From Octopus bimaculoides (taxonomy: Eukaryota), in contig NC_068995.1 in assembly GCF_001194135.2 (NCBI RefSeq), positions 7,578,229 through 7,642,228 on the forward strand: a DNA stretch of 64,000 nucleotides. The letters run 5' to 3'. How positions within the stretch are numbered: the first letter of the stretch is position 1; each line of letters begins with the position of its first letter. The position numbers were made by a program, and so were the translations under genes. The notes under the pieces are model-generated. The model did no database searches and was not told where the DNA came from. It worked only from the letters and a program-made list of their open reading frames with translations. This document shows, in pieces, positions 14,157 to 28,085 of this stretch.

Positions 14157-14199
14157 GTACCTGAAGAGACCCAAAAACGGGTCGGAACATGTGTCGTAC
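14157..14199 (+). ncRNA. Minimal type-I hammerhead ribozyme motif, one core substitution (A13G)
   Basis: gtac-CTGAAGA-gaccc-aaaaac-gggtc-GGAAC-atgt-GTC-gtac. Stem I 4 bp, stem II 5 bp, palindromic stem III (ACATGT), AATAAA just downstream. Confidence 0.75.
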
Positions 14200-15194
14200 C
14201 TAATAAAATATTTTACTCATTCCATCTATTTTATTAATACTGTTTCCCCAATCGTCACTACGAAGTTCCTGCAATAAATCTACGGATAACAACAAGTAAT
14301 CGATAATGTGACAGTGCTTTATTCATTATCTATTTATACATTTTGTATAATTCTCCATTATACATACATATATATATATATATATATATGTCTACCTATT
14401 TTGTTATTGATATGTATATATGTGTGTATATATATATATATGTGTGTGTATATATTTATGTATATATATACATACATATATATATACATACATATATATA
14501 TGTATATATGATTTACATACACACACATATACATACATATACATTCATACGCATACTCATACACACTCTGTATATATAAGGATTAACTATGTTGAAAGAG
14601 TTTAGTTGTTCTCTATGAAATCTGAATTAGCTCGCTTTTGGTCAGCTGTAGAGGGGTTGGTTCCAACCATGAGTATCTCTGTTTTTATTCAGAATCTACA
14701 ACGAGAATTGTAACTAACAATGCATTCTTCTCTTTTCATGCTTACACAATAACATTTCAACAAGAGAATTTGCTACTATGTTTAGCAATTCTTATTGCCA
14801 AATACAAACTTCCTCTTTGGCTTGCAAGAATCATGTCAGGTGACAGCGTAAAAACAAGGAGAAAGAATTGAATACAAAAACTCTTATGAGTATTGTATAG
14901 GTGTGGTTTATCTTAAATTCTTGTTGTTCATAGATTTTCGGTTCTTTGAAATACAGAATGGTACAAATGTATGTGTGATTCTGCTGTCTGAACATTCTGA
15001 TGTTCATTGTATCTGAGAAATATAAATTGCGCAGTAGGTTTTGAACCGATGTATTTACAAGTGCGCATGTACTTGTATGCGCCCAACCATAAACACATAG
15101 ACACACACACATAGATACACACACAAAGACACATGCATACACACATAAAATATTTCACCTACTTGTCTATATCAGTAATTATATATATGTGCGC

Positions 15195-15234
<40 letters not shown>

Positions 15235-17893
15235 NNNNNNNNNNNNNNNNNNNNNNNNNNNNNNNNNNNNNNNNNNNNNNNNNNNNNNNNNNNNNNNNNN
15301 NNNNNNNNNNNNNNNNNNNNNNNNNNNNNNNNNNNNNNNNNNNNNNNNNNNNNNNNNNNNNNNNNNNNNNNNNNNNNNNNNNNNNNNNNNNNNNNNNNNN
15401 NNNNNNNNNNNNNNNNNNNNNNNNNNNNNNNNNNNNNNNNNNNNNNNNNNNNNNNNNNNNNNNNNNNNNNNNNNNNNNNNNNNNNNNNNNNNNNNNNNNN
15501 NNNNNNNNNNNNNNNNNNNNNNNNNNNNNNNNNNNNNNNNNNNNNNNNNNNNNNNNNNNNNNNNNNNNNNNNNNNNNNNNNNNNNNNNNNNNNNNNNNNN
15601 NNNNNNNNNNNNNNNNNNNNNNNNNNNNNNNNNNNNNNNNNNNNNNNNNNNNNNNNNNNNNNNNNNNNNNNNNNNNNNNNNNNNNNNNNNNNNNNNNNNN
15701 NNNNNNNNNNNNNNNNNNNNNNNNNNNNNNNNNNNNNNNNNNNNNNNNNNNATATATATATATATATACACATGCGTACTGGAAGACACAAATAAGAGAA
15801 ATCAAAAGTGGCTGAGACAGATAAATATAACAAAAATAAGTGGAAAATAGAACGAAACATAAACGCCCCCACTCGAAAATACGACAGAATAATAACAACA
15901 AGAATGTTAGTCTATATTTATCTATCGATTTCTTTATTGATTGATCTCGTTATTTCCTATCGAAGAGTGGGGAACACTGGAAAGAGTTGTTGTAGCTTCA
16001 TTATATATTTTATTTAACCTGGTGTCTGTTATACACAATATATAATAAATTACAGTCGTCTATGTTGACAGTTGCTACCTTACGCTAGTATTTATTGGTA
16101 AACTGTTTATACATCCACAAATACACACATACGCACACAGAAACAAATAAGCGCTCACATGCGCATATGCATATATGTGTGTGTATATGTATATCAGGCA
16201 GGCGCCGTCAGTAATTACTCAAGGTAGGCAGTAGGTGACATTTATGTAGTAAAGCATACAAAAAAAATAAGCGAAACACAGGCGCGCGACTGCGTTGGAG
16301 GCAGATTTACTTCTGCCTTTCTACGACGTAAAGAAAATGTTGTAGGAATGCACACAGCGCGTGTACTACAGCAATACTATGCGTAGCTTAAATACTGAGG
16401 AAAGGGGCGATCTATGATTACCTAAGCTACAAAAAAATTTATTACTTTGTATTTTATGCATAGTAATCAGAGTAACCTCCATAATTTTATTGAATTTGGT
16501 GCATATTTTGGTGCATATCCGATCTATTTTATTCAGGGCAGGCACAATCTGGAGTCTGTTTGTGTGTGTGTGTATGTGTGTGTGAGTATGTTTGTGTTCG
16601 TATGTGTGTGTGCTTTTCAAATGTATCCGGTATTAGTCTCTTCCAGGTGTGAACAGACGATTGACCGAAATTATTACATTGTGCTTTAAAGTTATAGTTC
16701 TTGACCATATGAGGTCTACATCAACTAATTTATACTTTGTTTTATATACATTTGTGAATATAAACATTTATGAAGTACTTGGCTGATTTATATACATTTA
16801 TGAAGTGCTTACCTGCTACTTTTAGCGTTTTATGCGCCGTCGTCGACATTGTGTCTCTGTTGTAGACAATTTGTCATTATATGTGGAGACAGTAGATTAT
16901 ACACTCACGAGTTCTCACTGAGAGTTGATAAAGTCTGTGCCAAATTATATAATGGATGAGATCGATAAATGCTTGGGAGAATGGAACAAGTGAGAAATGA
17001 CTGAATCAGTCCCGGAAAAACGAATAGGCTGACATTATTTCACTTGTCTAATGAACCATTTCATTTCATTTTAAGACATAAGACTTCTCGTCGAAGTCAG
17101 TAAACTCTAATGTGGTCTACTGACAGACAATATTCTCCTTTACTCACTTCATAAACATTACGTGACGTAACTAACCGTTAAAAAGTTGCAGGATATTTAA
17201 TACGAGTAACTGAAAACAGCTGTATTGTGTTGTAGCCGCCATTTTGTATATATTGACAAATATCAGTCGTCTGCTTTATGATGCGAGACAATGGGGGAAG
17301 TTCTACTTGATCGGTTGACCTGCTAGAAATGTTTACCAAATCTCCCTTGTATAGAAAACTAACCGTTTTATAGAGACATATATTCGATAATTTAGGTGTA
17401 GATATTTCTGAAAAGAGTGGAAGGTCGTTGACTCGAATGTCTTAGATCAGTCGATAAATAGTGTTGTTGAGTTTACTGAGATTCTACACAACTGTTTAGC
17501 ATATCAGAAGAGACAAATCTGCCTCAAATCAACTACCGTTTGACAGATAATGCATTCTTAGATAATATTTAAAAATCGTTTACCAAACTGGATTATCTTA
17601 AATCAGGCATAGGTACACTCTCTTCTAGACGAGGACCACATGAGAAAAGGTTTATCATTAGACGAGCTAAACTACTGAAAGTTCCATGGCCAAATCTCAT
17701 TGCTGTAGGATTCAGGGGTGATGTATAAAAATTTGGCCGAAACAAAACTAGTAATTTATCAAATGATTAGCCATGATTCCCTGTCCCGTCAGACGTTTTC
17801 ATTGATAGTCTGATCGCTAAGAATGCCTTCCGACTTTATAGAGAGGTACCGTGAGAGGGAGTGCGAAATAAACAAAGAGAAATATATATGCAT

Positions 17894-17959
<66 letters not shown>

Positions 17960-18463
17960 NNNNNNNNNNNNNNNNNNNNNNNNNNNNNNNNNNNNNNNNN
18001 NNNNNNNNNNNNNNNNNNNNNNNNNNNNNNNNNNNNNNNNNNNNNNNNNNNNNNNNNNNNNNNNNNNNNNNNNNNNNNNNNNNNNNNNNNNNNNNNNNNN
18101 NNNNNNNNNNNNNNNNNNNNNNNNNNNNNNNNNNNNNNNNNNNNNNNNNNNNNNNNNNNNNNNNNNNNNNNNNNNNNNNNNNNNNNNNNNNNNNNNNNNN
18201 NNNNNNNNNNNNNNNNNNNNNNNNNNNNNNNNNNNNNNNNNNNNNNNNNNNNNNNNNNNNNNNNNNNNNNNNNNNNNNNNNNNNNNNNNNNNNNNNNNNN
18301 NNNNNNNNNNNNNNNNNNNNNNNNNNNNNNNNNNNNNNNNNNNNNNNNNNNNNNNNNNNNNNNNNNNNNNNNNNNNNNNNNNNNNNNNNNNNNNNNNNNN
18401 NNNNNNNNNNNNNNNNNNNNNNNNNNNNNNNNNNNNNNNNNNNNNNNNNNNNNNNNNNNNNNN

Positions 18464-18530
<67 letters not shown>

Positions 18531-19115
18531 GACAGACAGACAGACAGACAAAGAAAGAGGGAGAGAGAGACACACACACATATGCACACACATACACACA
18601 AACAAACAGAGAACAAGAAAAACAAAAACATATTCTCTGTAAACTGACCAAGTTCAGGTTAACTACACAGAAAGAAAGAGCGAGAGAGAAGAAAGGGAGA
18701 GAGAGAGAGATTAATGTGATTAGAGGAAAAAGCTTCAGGCCACATGGGTCTTTTTATCATATTATAGTATGAGATACAACAATTGATAGGGTAATCGATT
18801 GATTGATTAGTTGCCGATTGGTTGGTTAATAATAGAGGATCTGTTCCTCCCTATTGCTGCTTTCTGACCCAGTTTATCTGCCTTCTGCACTCGAAACGCT
18901 CACCTCTTTCTACTCCCCTTGTTTCCGATCACTCCTGATTTTGCTCTCTCGCCTCCCTCTTCAGTTCATTATCTTCTTTCGCTCCTCCCCCCGACTCCCA
19001 CTTCCTGTTTTGCTCAATGCCTCCCGTAAACATCTTCCTATTTCAGTTTGTTTATAAGGACATATATATATATATATGTATGTATGATATCTATGTCTGT
19101 AAATATCTGTGTGTA

Positions 19116-19183
<68 letters not shown>

Positions 19184-20314
19184 TGTGTGTATCTGTGTTT
19201 GTGTGTTGTGTTTATCCTAGTTTCTGATTGGCGTTTTCGAACCTATTTTGACTGACCACCTGCTTGGTCTGTTTAGATCGGCTTCCTTCTCTATATGAAT
19301 ATATGAATATATATATACACATAGAACAGGCTTCAAAGAAAAAAGGCTACACGTGGTATAAATAGAGGAAAAGTATAAAGAAACAAGGAAAATTCACACT
19401 AGGTATAAACATAATGGGTTTTTTTGTAAAACAAAAAACAAAGATATATACATATAAATAAATGATTTGAGGTGGAATTAAGAAGTATAAAAATCATTAT
19501 TATTAATTATTATAGAAAGTCATACCGGTTTCACCATAGCTGGTCACTGACTTTGAATCAACACCGTTCTGCAATGTTTTGCATATTGTATCTGTTGCAT
19601 ATGCATGTATATTATACTTTGAGATTTATGCAGGTTCTTCATGTGGCAAAAGTTCCTTGCTTGAATGAAGATTATACACACGTGCGCATATATACAGAAG
19701 TGTGTGTATTGGCATGCATATACATTTATATAAAATTGCGATTATCTATCTATGAAATAATGTGTATAAATATGCATGTCATTATCTATCTGTCTATATA
19801 TATATATATATATACAGAGAGAAGGAGAGAGAGAGATGGATATACAGATAGGTAGATAGATAAGATATATATATGTATATATATATATGTATATNNNNNN
19901 NNNNNNNNNNNNNNNNNNNNNNNNNNNNNNNNNNNNNNNNNNNNNNNNNNNNNNNNNNNNNNNNNNNNNNNNNNNNNNNNNNNNNNNNNNNNNNNNNNNN
20001 NNNNNNNNNNNNNNNNNNNNNNNNNNNNNNNNNNNNNNNNNNNNNNNNNNNNNNNNNNNNNNNNNNNNNNNNNNNNNNNNNNNNNNNNNNNNNNNNNNNN
20101 NNNNNNNNNNNNNNNNNNNNNNNNNNNNNNNNNNNNNNNNNNNNNNNNNNNNNNNNNNNNNNNNNNNNNNNNNNNNNNNNNNNNNNNNNNNNNNNNNNNN
20201 NNNNNNNNNNNNNNNNNNNNNNNNNNNNNNNNNNNNNNNNNNNNNNNNNNNNNNNNNNNNNNNNNNNNNNNNNNNNNNNNNNNNNNNNNNNNNNNNNNNN
20301 NNNNNNNNNNNNNN

Positions 20315-20363
<49 letters not shown>

Positions 20364-20536
20364 TAATTCAAGCAAAGAATCATTGTGATGTGAAACACGT
20401 ACATAATTATCAAATTACAATATACATATTTGCATATGGAATAGTAGCAAATTCGAAACCGTAATACTATCTATTTGTCACTATATCCGTCTGTCTACCT
20501 AAATATCCATCTACCTACCATCATCACGTCTATCTA

Positions 20537-20592
<56 letters not shown>

Positions 20593-21004
20593 GATGTGTC
20601 TCTATGCATCATAACACACATGCACACACGTCCCCATACATATATGAATATTTGACAGTTCAATTTGTCTTTCAATCGATGAATTGCAATATTTTTGTAT
20701 TAGAGCTTAAGCAGTTGCCATATGTATGTCAAACATGATGTCAGAAAATATGATCTCGAGCCCCTATACAATACTAAACAATATGGCGATATTTGGAATG
20801 AATTCACGTATAAATCGATTTTGCCATATTTCAAAAATCTCTTACTAAACTTATAAAAAATTATATAAAATTCAACCGTAATTTCGAAATGATAATGAAA
20901 AAATAATAGAGTTTTGTTGGAATTTATTCCATGTTTCTGTGAATAATGCGCCCGAATAAATGTGAAAAATTGATTTATTATATTAATAATATTACAATAC
21001 TATT

Positions 21005-21222
21005 AAAGCGGCGTGCTGGCAGAAACGTTAACACGCCAGGCGAAATGCTTAGCGGTATTTCGTCAGTCCTTACGTCCTAAGTTCAAATTTCAACGAGGTC
21101 GACTTTGTCTTTCATCCTTTCAGTGATCGATAAATTAAGTACAGGTTGTGTACTGGGGTCGATCTAATCGACTGGCCCCTCCCCCCAAATTTCGTGCCTT
21201 GTGCCTAGAATAGAAAATAATA
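21005..21222 (+). mobile_element. SINE family A, full length
   Basis: aaagcggcgtgctggcagaaacgttaacacgccaggcgaaatgcttagcggtatttcgtc...gtgcctagaatagaaaataatatt. Confidence 0.9.
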
Positions 21223-21860
21223 TTATAATCGTTGTCCTAAACCAGAAATATATCTAAGGTGGCTCTTTATTATTACCGGGGTATTTTCTGTAAAGGTTTT
21301 CCATAATAAGTGAGCAATATTAGGAACGGAGTTATGAAAGTTCGAATTTATTCGAAACTAGTACAACGGACAATTTTAGAAATTTACACACACACACACA
21401 CACACATATATATAATGAAAAACCACTGAATGGATATATAAATGGTCGCTTTTTATAACCCTGTACAATGGTCGTATTTATAATAATTGTACAATGGTCG
21501 TATTTATGAATGAGTAACCAAAAGCAAAAATTCATGAGAGGAATATTACGAACGAACGTACATCATCCATTTTTAATGGCCTCGCTGTGTTACGAGTTAC
21601 TACACAACGGCGCACATTTATATGGTGAGAATACAGTACCGCACATACGTAATGAAGTTGTTATATGAATGGATATAAAAAAAACTATATATATGTAATA
21701 CCTTTTTCGCTGTATTGTGCATTCGTTTCTTCTTTACATCTGTTATTTTTTATCATTGATCTTCTATATACATGAAGCTATACTCTTTAATTTGCTGCAT
21801 TTCTTTACATGGACTGAGAAGATATCTTGCGGAACTGTCGTTATTTTAACGGGTTTTATC

Positions 21861-21972
21861 TAATTATCACCCGAAGAGACACATCTACACCGACGAGTAC
21901 TCTTAAACCAGTTGTTACGTATCCCACCCGTGAGGAGCGATAGTAGATGGGTCGAAACAATTGTAATTAATA
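21861..21972 (+). ncRNA. Degenerate hammerhead ribozyme motif (U4C, eroded stem I)
   Basis: CCGAAGA-gac-a-catctac...gtagatg-g-gtc-GAAAC-aatt-GTA. Confidence 0.55.
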
Positions 21973-22077
21973 GAAATTGTTGTATCTCCCATCTTCCGTC
22001 TCTCTCATTATCCATATATATGTGTGTGTGTGTGTGTGTATACATACACACACACACACATACACACACACACACAT

Positions 22078-22130
<53 letters not shown>

Positions 22131-22871
22131 TGTATGTGTGTTTTCTTTTTTTTTGGGGAGGGTTATAAGATCATGTATACAAGGTTACACATTTCAATAT
22201 TGTGAATGAATCCGCAAATGCACTCGTTTATATGGCAACACTAGAACGACACATTTGTAACAGACCGATATTATGAATTAATAAAAAAAAAAAGAAACTC
22301 ATAATATGTGAAGCATATGACGATTAATAGTACTGGTTTATCGTTTGTAAAGGAGCCGTATTAGAAATGAACGTACAAGCGTAACCATTAATATGCCAAA
22401 TTTATAACGAATAATATTTCACTGATATGCATTTGTAACTAGACAGTATTACTAATAGATCTACTGTGGCAGCGTATTCCTGTGAAGAACCAGCGTCGTA
22501 AAGTATCATTTATGCATAAGAAACCGTTACTTTAGTTAACATCAATTACAAGTTAGCTTAGCAGGAACCACTCTGCTCCAAGTTATGCAAGAAATCACAA
22601 GACTTAGTCCGGTGCATTACTTGTAGCTTTATCAAATCAACAATGATGAAGAAAAATTCAAATGAGTTCTACGTCAACCTTCACTACTGCCAAACATATT
22701 CTGCGAATAAATTACCTTTCTTGGATTTAAAAACAAGTAAAATCGATATTTCTTTTCTTCTTCGCTTTATTAATTCCCGACTGATGTCGAACAAAGGTTA
22801 ATCTTCGAGGACATGACGTCAAGTATACAGTCGTGTTTTGGCTCGGTCCCCGATCGACGCAATTCAGATTA

Positions 22872-23459
22872 CGATGGGGTGCTGAAAAGTTCCTGGCTTT
22901 CGGTTTAGTTAATTATTTTATTCAACATTAGCTTAAAAACAGCAATCTGTGTGAACTTTTAAACTAGATCCTGCGGAGGGCTAATTGGGCCTGCGGCCCC
23001 AAACTGAAGAGGGTAATTATAATAAATCACTTATTAGTACTCTACCAATAGATTATTACTTTAAATTCAGTTTAAATGAAAAACTTGTAAGTTAACAAAT
23101 TTCTGGGATTCTTTTAACTGCTAGAACATAACAGATCCTCATCCAGACTTGATCCCAGTGCTGGAAGTTCAAGAACCGAATGAAGAGCAGAGATTCAATC
23201 CCGTGATCATCCTGATTCTAAAAGGTATAGTGCGTCTCTGTTGAACAAATGTAGACAGGGATACAGGGTTCCCTGCCGGACGGACAGACAGACTTTCGCG
23301 TTTATTATTATATATATTCCTTTCTCAGATTCAGACATTTATTACTGCAGTCCTTCAGTTTTTCTAAGCCCTGCAAAAGTACTCGGAAGGTCGGGCTTCC
23401 AATCAAGGCTTTCGCGATACCCTTAAAGCCAGAAACTTTTCAGTCTCCACTCTCCTCGT
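22872..23459 (-). mobile_element. mariner-derived MITE split by an insertion
   Basis: TIRs (ta)cgatggggtgctgaaaagttcctggcttt and aaagccagaaacttttcagtctcc. The minus strand of the right part encodes QGLEKLKDCSNKCLNLRKEY, and the left part supplies the continuation atgttgaataa (-VE*), i.e. a mariner transposase C-terminus. Confidence 0.7.
22964..23315 (-). mobile_element. Candidate non-autonomous Helitron-like insert
   Basis: CTAG at 22964-22967, GC hairpin gggcc-tgc-ggccc at 22987-22999, and (gaca)n-ctttcgcgtttattatta at the other end. It interrupts the MITE. Confidence 0.35.
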
Positions 23460-23854
23460 TTGTATTTGCTTTTGCTAAAAAAAAAAAAAAAAAGGCATGA
23501 CCAACACGAATCCCCGTTAAACATTTGTATAAAACAACAAATTTCGGTTTCTAGATAAATCAATAGTCTTTCAAAAATATAGCCTATACAACTTCGTTTG
23601 CAACTTAAGGTCATATAGAAATATCTCACTCCCTTGAAGCCTTTTATATGAAGGTATCAAAGAATAAATCAGCGTAGAGGGGGCCCCAGCCNNNNNNNNN
23701 NGAAGCCTTTTATATGAAGGTATCAAAGAATAAATCAGCGTAGAGGGGGCCCCAGCCTGCTTCAAGAAATATACGTAAACAATCGCAGCAAAATTGTTCG
23801 GCTGGTACACGGCCTCCAGGGTTATCGTGATAACGGGGAAGCCACTTTGTTATT

Positions 23855-23990
23855 GGTTGGTTGGTTGGTTGGTCGGTCGGTTGGTTGGTTGGTTGGTTGG
23901 TCGGTTGGTTGGTTGGTTGGTTGGTTGGTTGGTTGGTTGGCCGGTTGGTCGGTCGGTCGGTTGGTTGGTTGGTTGGTTGGTTGGTTGGTG
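23855..23990. repeat. (GGTT)n / (GGTC) tetranucleotide microsatellite
   Basis: Read directly from sequence. Confidence 0.95.
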
Positions 23991-24174
23991 TTCTCGTAGA
24001 AAGGGTAAGAAATATCGTACAACACATACATTGCTGTATTGAAGAGATGCATAGCACAATGAGTAGTGTATTCCTAGATACACTTCAAATAACAAGATAG
24101 TGATAGTTCCCAAAGCAACGCCTTTTAAAATAGATCTGTAAGTTCATAGGCAAACAAAGGATTGAAATAGAAGA

Positions 24175-24177
24175 CTG

Positions 24178-24238
<61 letters not shown>

Positions 24239-24497
24239 TGCTACAACTACTACTGCTACTACTAATATTACTACTACTGTTGCTGCTGCTGTTGTGCTGC
24301 TGTTGCTACTACTACTACTACTACGACGACGACGACGACGACGACGACGACCACCACCACCACCACCACCACTACCACCACCAGCACGACTACCACTACC
24401 ACCACCACCACAACCACCACTCGCAACGCTACTACTACTACTACTACTACTACTACAGCTGCTGCTTTTGCTGCTGCTACCACTGTTGCTACTGCTG
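24175..24497. repeat. Compound trinucleotide array (CTA/CTG/CGA/CCA)
   Basis: Read directly from sequence. It accounts for the low-complexity ORFs at 24125-24569. Confidence 0.95.
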
Positions 24498-24857
24498 AGG
24501 CTACCAATCAACGAAGGAATCTCTATGTGGTCGGTCATTCGGTCAATCCTTGATATAAATAGCAGCTGATATCTCGTGGCTGTAACATCTATTGATTACT
24601 CATAAAGGACACCTTTTTTTTTTATTTAATTGCAATGAAGATCCGTGCATGTAGTAAAAAATAGAACAACGCAAAGAAACTAGCCGCCCACCAACACCCC
24701 CACCCCCACCCCACTCCACGATCCACGATCCAGCACCAGGACGCTGAAAGAATAGATTCTTATTGTTTGAGAAGAATACTGGAATAGATAGAAAACGTAC
24801 ATCTGAGAATCCAGTATTTCATGACTTGTGCAGGAGAAACAGGTTACAGTCTCAAGA

Positions 24858-24897
<40 letters not shown>

Positions 24898-25194
24898 TTT
24901 TTCTCTCTCTCGCTTTCTCTCTCTCTCTTCCCCTTCTTCTCTCTCCCTTCTTTCCCACTTTCTTTATCTCTTTCTCTCCCTTTTCTCTCTCTCACTTTCT
25001 CTCTGTCTATTTCCATTCTTTCTCTGAGGTGGTAGCGCTCAATCTGTTTGTTGAGTGCCTCTTTTAAAATATACTTCGTCATTTGCACACACAGACATAG
25101 ACACAGACACACACCAACACCCACACATATGCATATATGCTAAATGTATATGTATATGTATGCGTATATACGTATGTATGGATCCATATATACG

Positions 25195-25247
<53 letters not shown>

Positions 25248-25249
<2 letters not shown>

Positions 25250-25398
25250 CGGGCTTCTTTCAGTTTCCGTCTACCAAATCCACTCACAAGGCTTTGGTCG
25301 GCCCGAGGCTATAGTAGAAGACACTTGCCCAAGGTGCCACGCAGTGGGACTGCACCCGGAATCATGTGGTTTGTAAGCAAGCTACTTACCCACCAGCC
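25248..25398 (-). mobile_element. SINE family B, 5' half (tRNA head plus CORE-like block)
   Basis: Minus strand ggctggtgggtaagtagcttgc...ccgggtgcagtcccactgcgtggcaccttgggcaagtgtcttc...gaaagaagcccgtc then (AT)n. A homologue lies at 58536. The accttgggcaagt block resembles CORE-SINE cores. Confidence 0.85.
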
Positions 25399-25410
25399 AT
25401 ATATATATGC

Positions 25411-25443
<33 letters not shown>

Positions 25444-26825
25444 TATGTATGGATTTGTATATATATTAGATATGGTTGTGTGTGAGTGTGTGTTTGTGTA
25501 TCGATTTGTCTCTTTCCATTTCTCGGCCTAGATGCATTGACCTAGTTATTCTTTTTGATTCTAATATATTCGCATCACTTATAATTGTTTGTTTTCATTC
25601 CGAACAAAAAAAAAAAAAGAAAACACACGGAATTAGAAAAAAAGAAATATCAAGCATGTACTATAAACCAGCGACCCATATTTTAAAATATAATCCTTGC
25701 TTCTATATAAACACGAACCGTGGTCGAATTGTTTAGAAAAATTAAAATAAAAAACAAAAACCTCATAAAATTTTACGAAAGTCAAGAAAACATTAAAAAA
25801 ACTAAACATGAATCAAGATATGAAAACTCAAAGAAAAATTAATAAAATAAAATAAATTCTGCCAAAATGTAATAATATCCAAAAATAACTTAGACAAAAC
25901 GATATATGAAAATCGATATCTTGTCGAAGTAAAATATTGTTTTGATTAGTAATTGATTGAAAAGAAATAGTTCTCGCAGCAATAACTTTTCTGGGTGAAT
26001 TCTTTGGAATACAGTATGTAATGTTAGCAAATTGTTAAAATAAGAAGATAAAAGTGAGTGAGCGAGAGAGAGGGAGAAAGAGGGAAGGCGGAGAGGGAGA
26101 ATAGGGAGAGTGAGTGACGGAAAAAAGAAAAACAGACGTGAATCACGCATCCGCACATTCACAGAGCGACGCACAATNNNNNNNNNNNNNNNNNNNNNNN
26201 NNNNNNNNNNNNNNNNNNNNNNNNNNNNNNNNNNNNNNNNNNNNNNNNNNNNNNNNNNNNNNNNNNNNNNNNNNNNNNNNNNNNNNNNNNNNNNNNNNNN
26301 NNNNNNNNNNNNNNNNNNNNNNNNNNNNNNNNNNNNNNNNNNNNNNNNNNNNNNNNNNNNNNNNNNNNNNNNNNNNNNNNNNNNNNNNNNNNNNNNNNNN
26401 NNNNNNNNNNNNNNNNNNNNNNNNNNNNNNNNNNNNNNNNNNNNNNNNNNNNNNNNNNNNNNNNNNNNNNNNNNNNNNNNNNNNNNNNNNNNNNNNNNNN
26501 NNNNNNNNNNNNNNNNNNNNNNNNNNNNNNNNNNNNNNNNNNNNNNNNNNNNNNNNNNNNNNNNNNNNNNNNNNNNNNNNNNNNNNNNNNNNNNNNNNNN
26601 NNNNNNNNNNNNNNNNNNNNNNNNNNNNNNNNNNNNNNNNNNNNNNNNNNNNNNNNNNNNNNNNNNNNNNNNNNNNNNNNNNNNNNNNNNNNNNNNNNNN
26701 NNNNNNNNNNNNNNNNNNNNNNNNNNNNNNNNNNNNNNNNNNNNNNNNNNNNNNNNNNNNNNNNNNNNNNNNNNNNNNNNNNNNNNNNNNNNNNNNNNNN
26801 NNNNNNNNNNNNNNNNNNNNNNNNN

Positions 26826-26888
<63 letters not shown>

Positions 26889-27244
26889 AACACACATACA
26901 CACATATGTATGGATGGATGGATGGATGGATATGCATATATTGGTATATAATTTATTTGCATATATACTTATATATATATATGTATATACGTAAGTATGT
27001 ATGTATGTATGTATGTATGTATATATAGGCAAAGTAGACAAGAAAAAAAAAGCAGTAGAATTCAATGAAATAAATGTAACAGACACTTGTACTTCTATAA
27101 TTATGCAACTATTTCGAGAATAAAATTGGATATGGACGATTCCATCTAAGTTCTTCGCACTTCATCTTTGTGTTCGTACCAATACATATCCTTACACATG
27201 TACATATATATATAAATATATTTAGACTTTGTATTATATATATA

Positions 27245-27286
<42 letters not shown>

Positions 27287-27885
27287 TGTTCAGCCACTGA
27301 AACAAATGCGTTTGAAATAAAGAGTGAAAATCTAACGCAATATAACAAAGAAGTTTAAGTGTTTCAACATGTTATCCAATATTTCGGCATGAAAGCATGA
27401 AAATGTCATTTTCAGAACTACTCTATCGATTTTATTTATGACGAGCCCAGTTATGCGTAGGAAGGGGATTACGACAATCACACATTGGCAGTATTAAATT
27501 AGAGATAGTTACAGTTGTACAGCTCTTGTCAGTCGTCGATGTCACACCCACACATACTCACATTTACGAACAGATTTTGAAATGTGAAATAATTATATCC
27601 TGGAAGAACCATTGCAATTTAGGATACTTAACTGCATAAAAAATCTATTCCATTCACTTATGTCTCAAAATGTTTTTCATACAACTGCCAGCTGGTTACT
27701 GACAGACAGACAGACAGACCCCCCCACACACACACACACACACACATACACACACGCACGCACACACACACATACCGGTCCTATGGAGAACATTTGTACT
27801 CAACCTTTCGAGTACTGCTCTCAGCTGTGTGTCAGATTAATAGCGAAACTCGAGGCGGTTGATATTTATGTAATTACAATTTTGA

Positions 27886-28085
27886 AATATTGGCTTGAAA
27901 TTTTTGACTCAGGAGCAGCAATCTTGAGAGAGGGTTAGTCGATTATAACGATACCAGTGTCCTGCTGGTACTTATTCTATCGACCCTAAAAGGGAAGGAA
28001 AAGTCGTCTTTAGCAGACTTTGACTCAGAGCATAAAGACCATTTTGGTCAGTGCGGTAACGACTCTGCCAACTAGCAACCTTATA
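27886..28085 (-). mobile_element. SINE family A, degenerate with internal deletion
   Basis: Minus strand gttggcagagtcgttaccgcactgaccaaaatg...gggtcgatagaataagtaccag. Confidence 0.7.

Noticed and set aside
21441-21506. Direct repeat tgtacaatggtcgtattta x2
   Set aside because: A simple local tandem duplication with no further structure.
23636-23757. Exact 56-bp direct repeat
   Set aside because: The two copies are identical and separated only by a 10-N gap, which is typical of an unmerged contig overlap.
24125-24569. Ser/Gly/Arg/His-rich ORFs as a real low-complexity protein
   Set aside because: All frames are open simply because the region is a triplet microsatellite; no unique coding flanks were seen.
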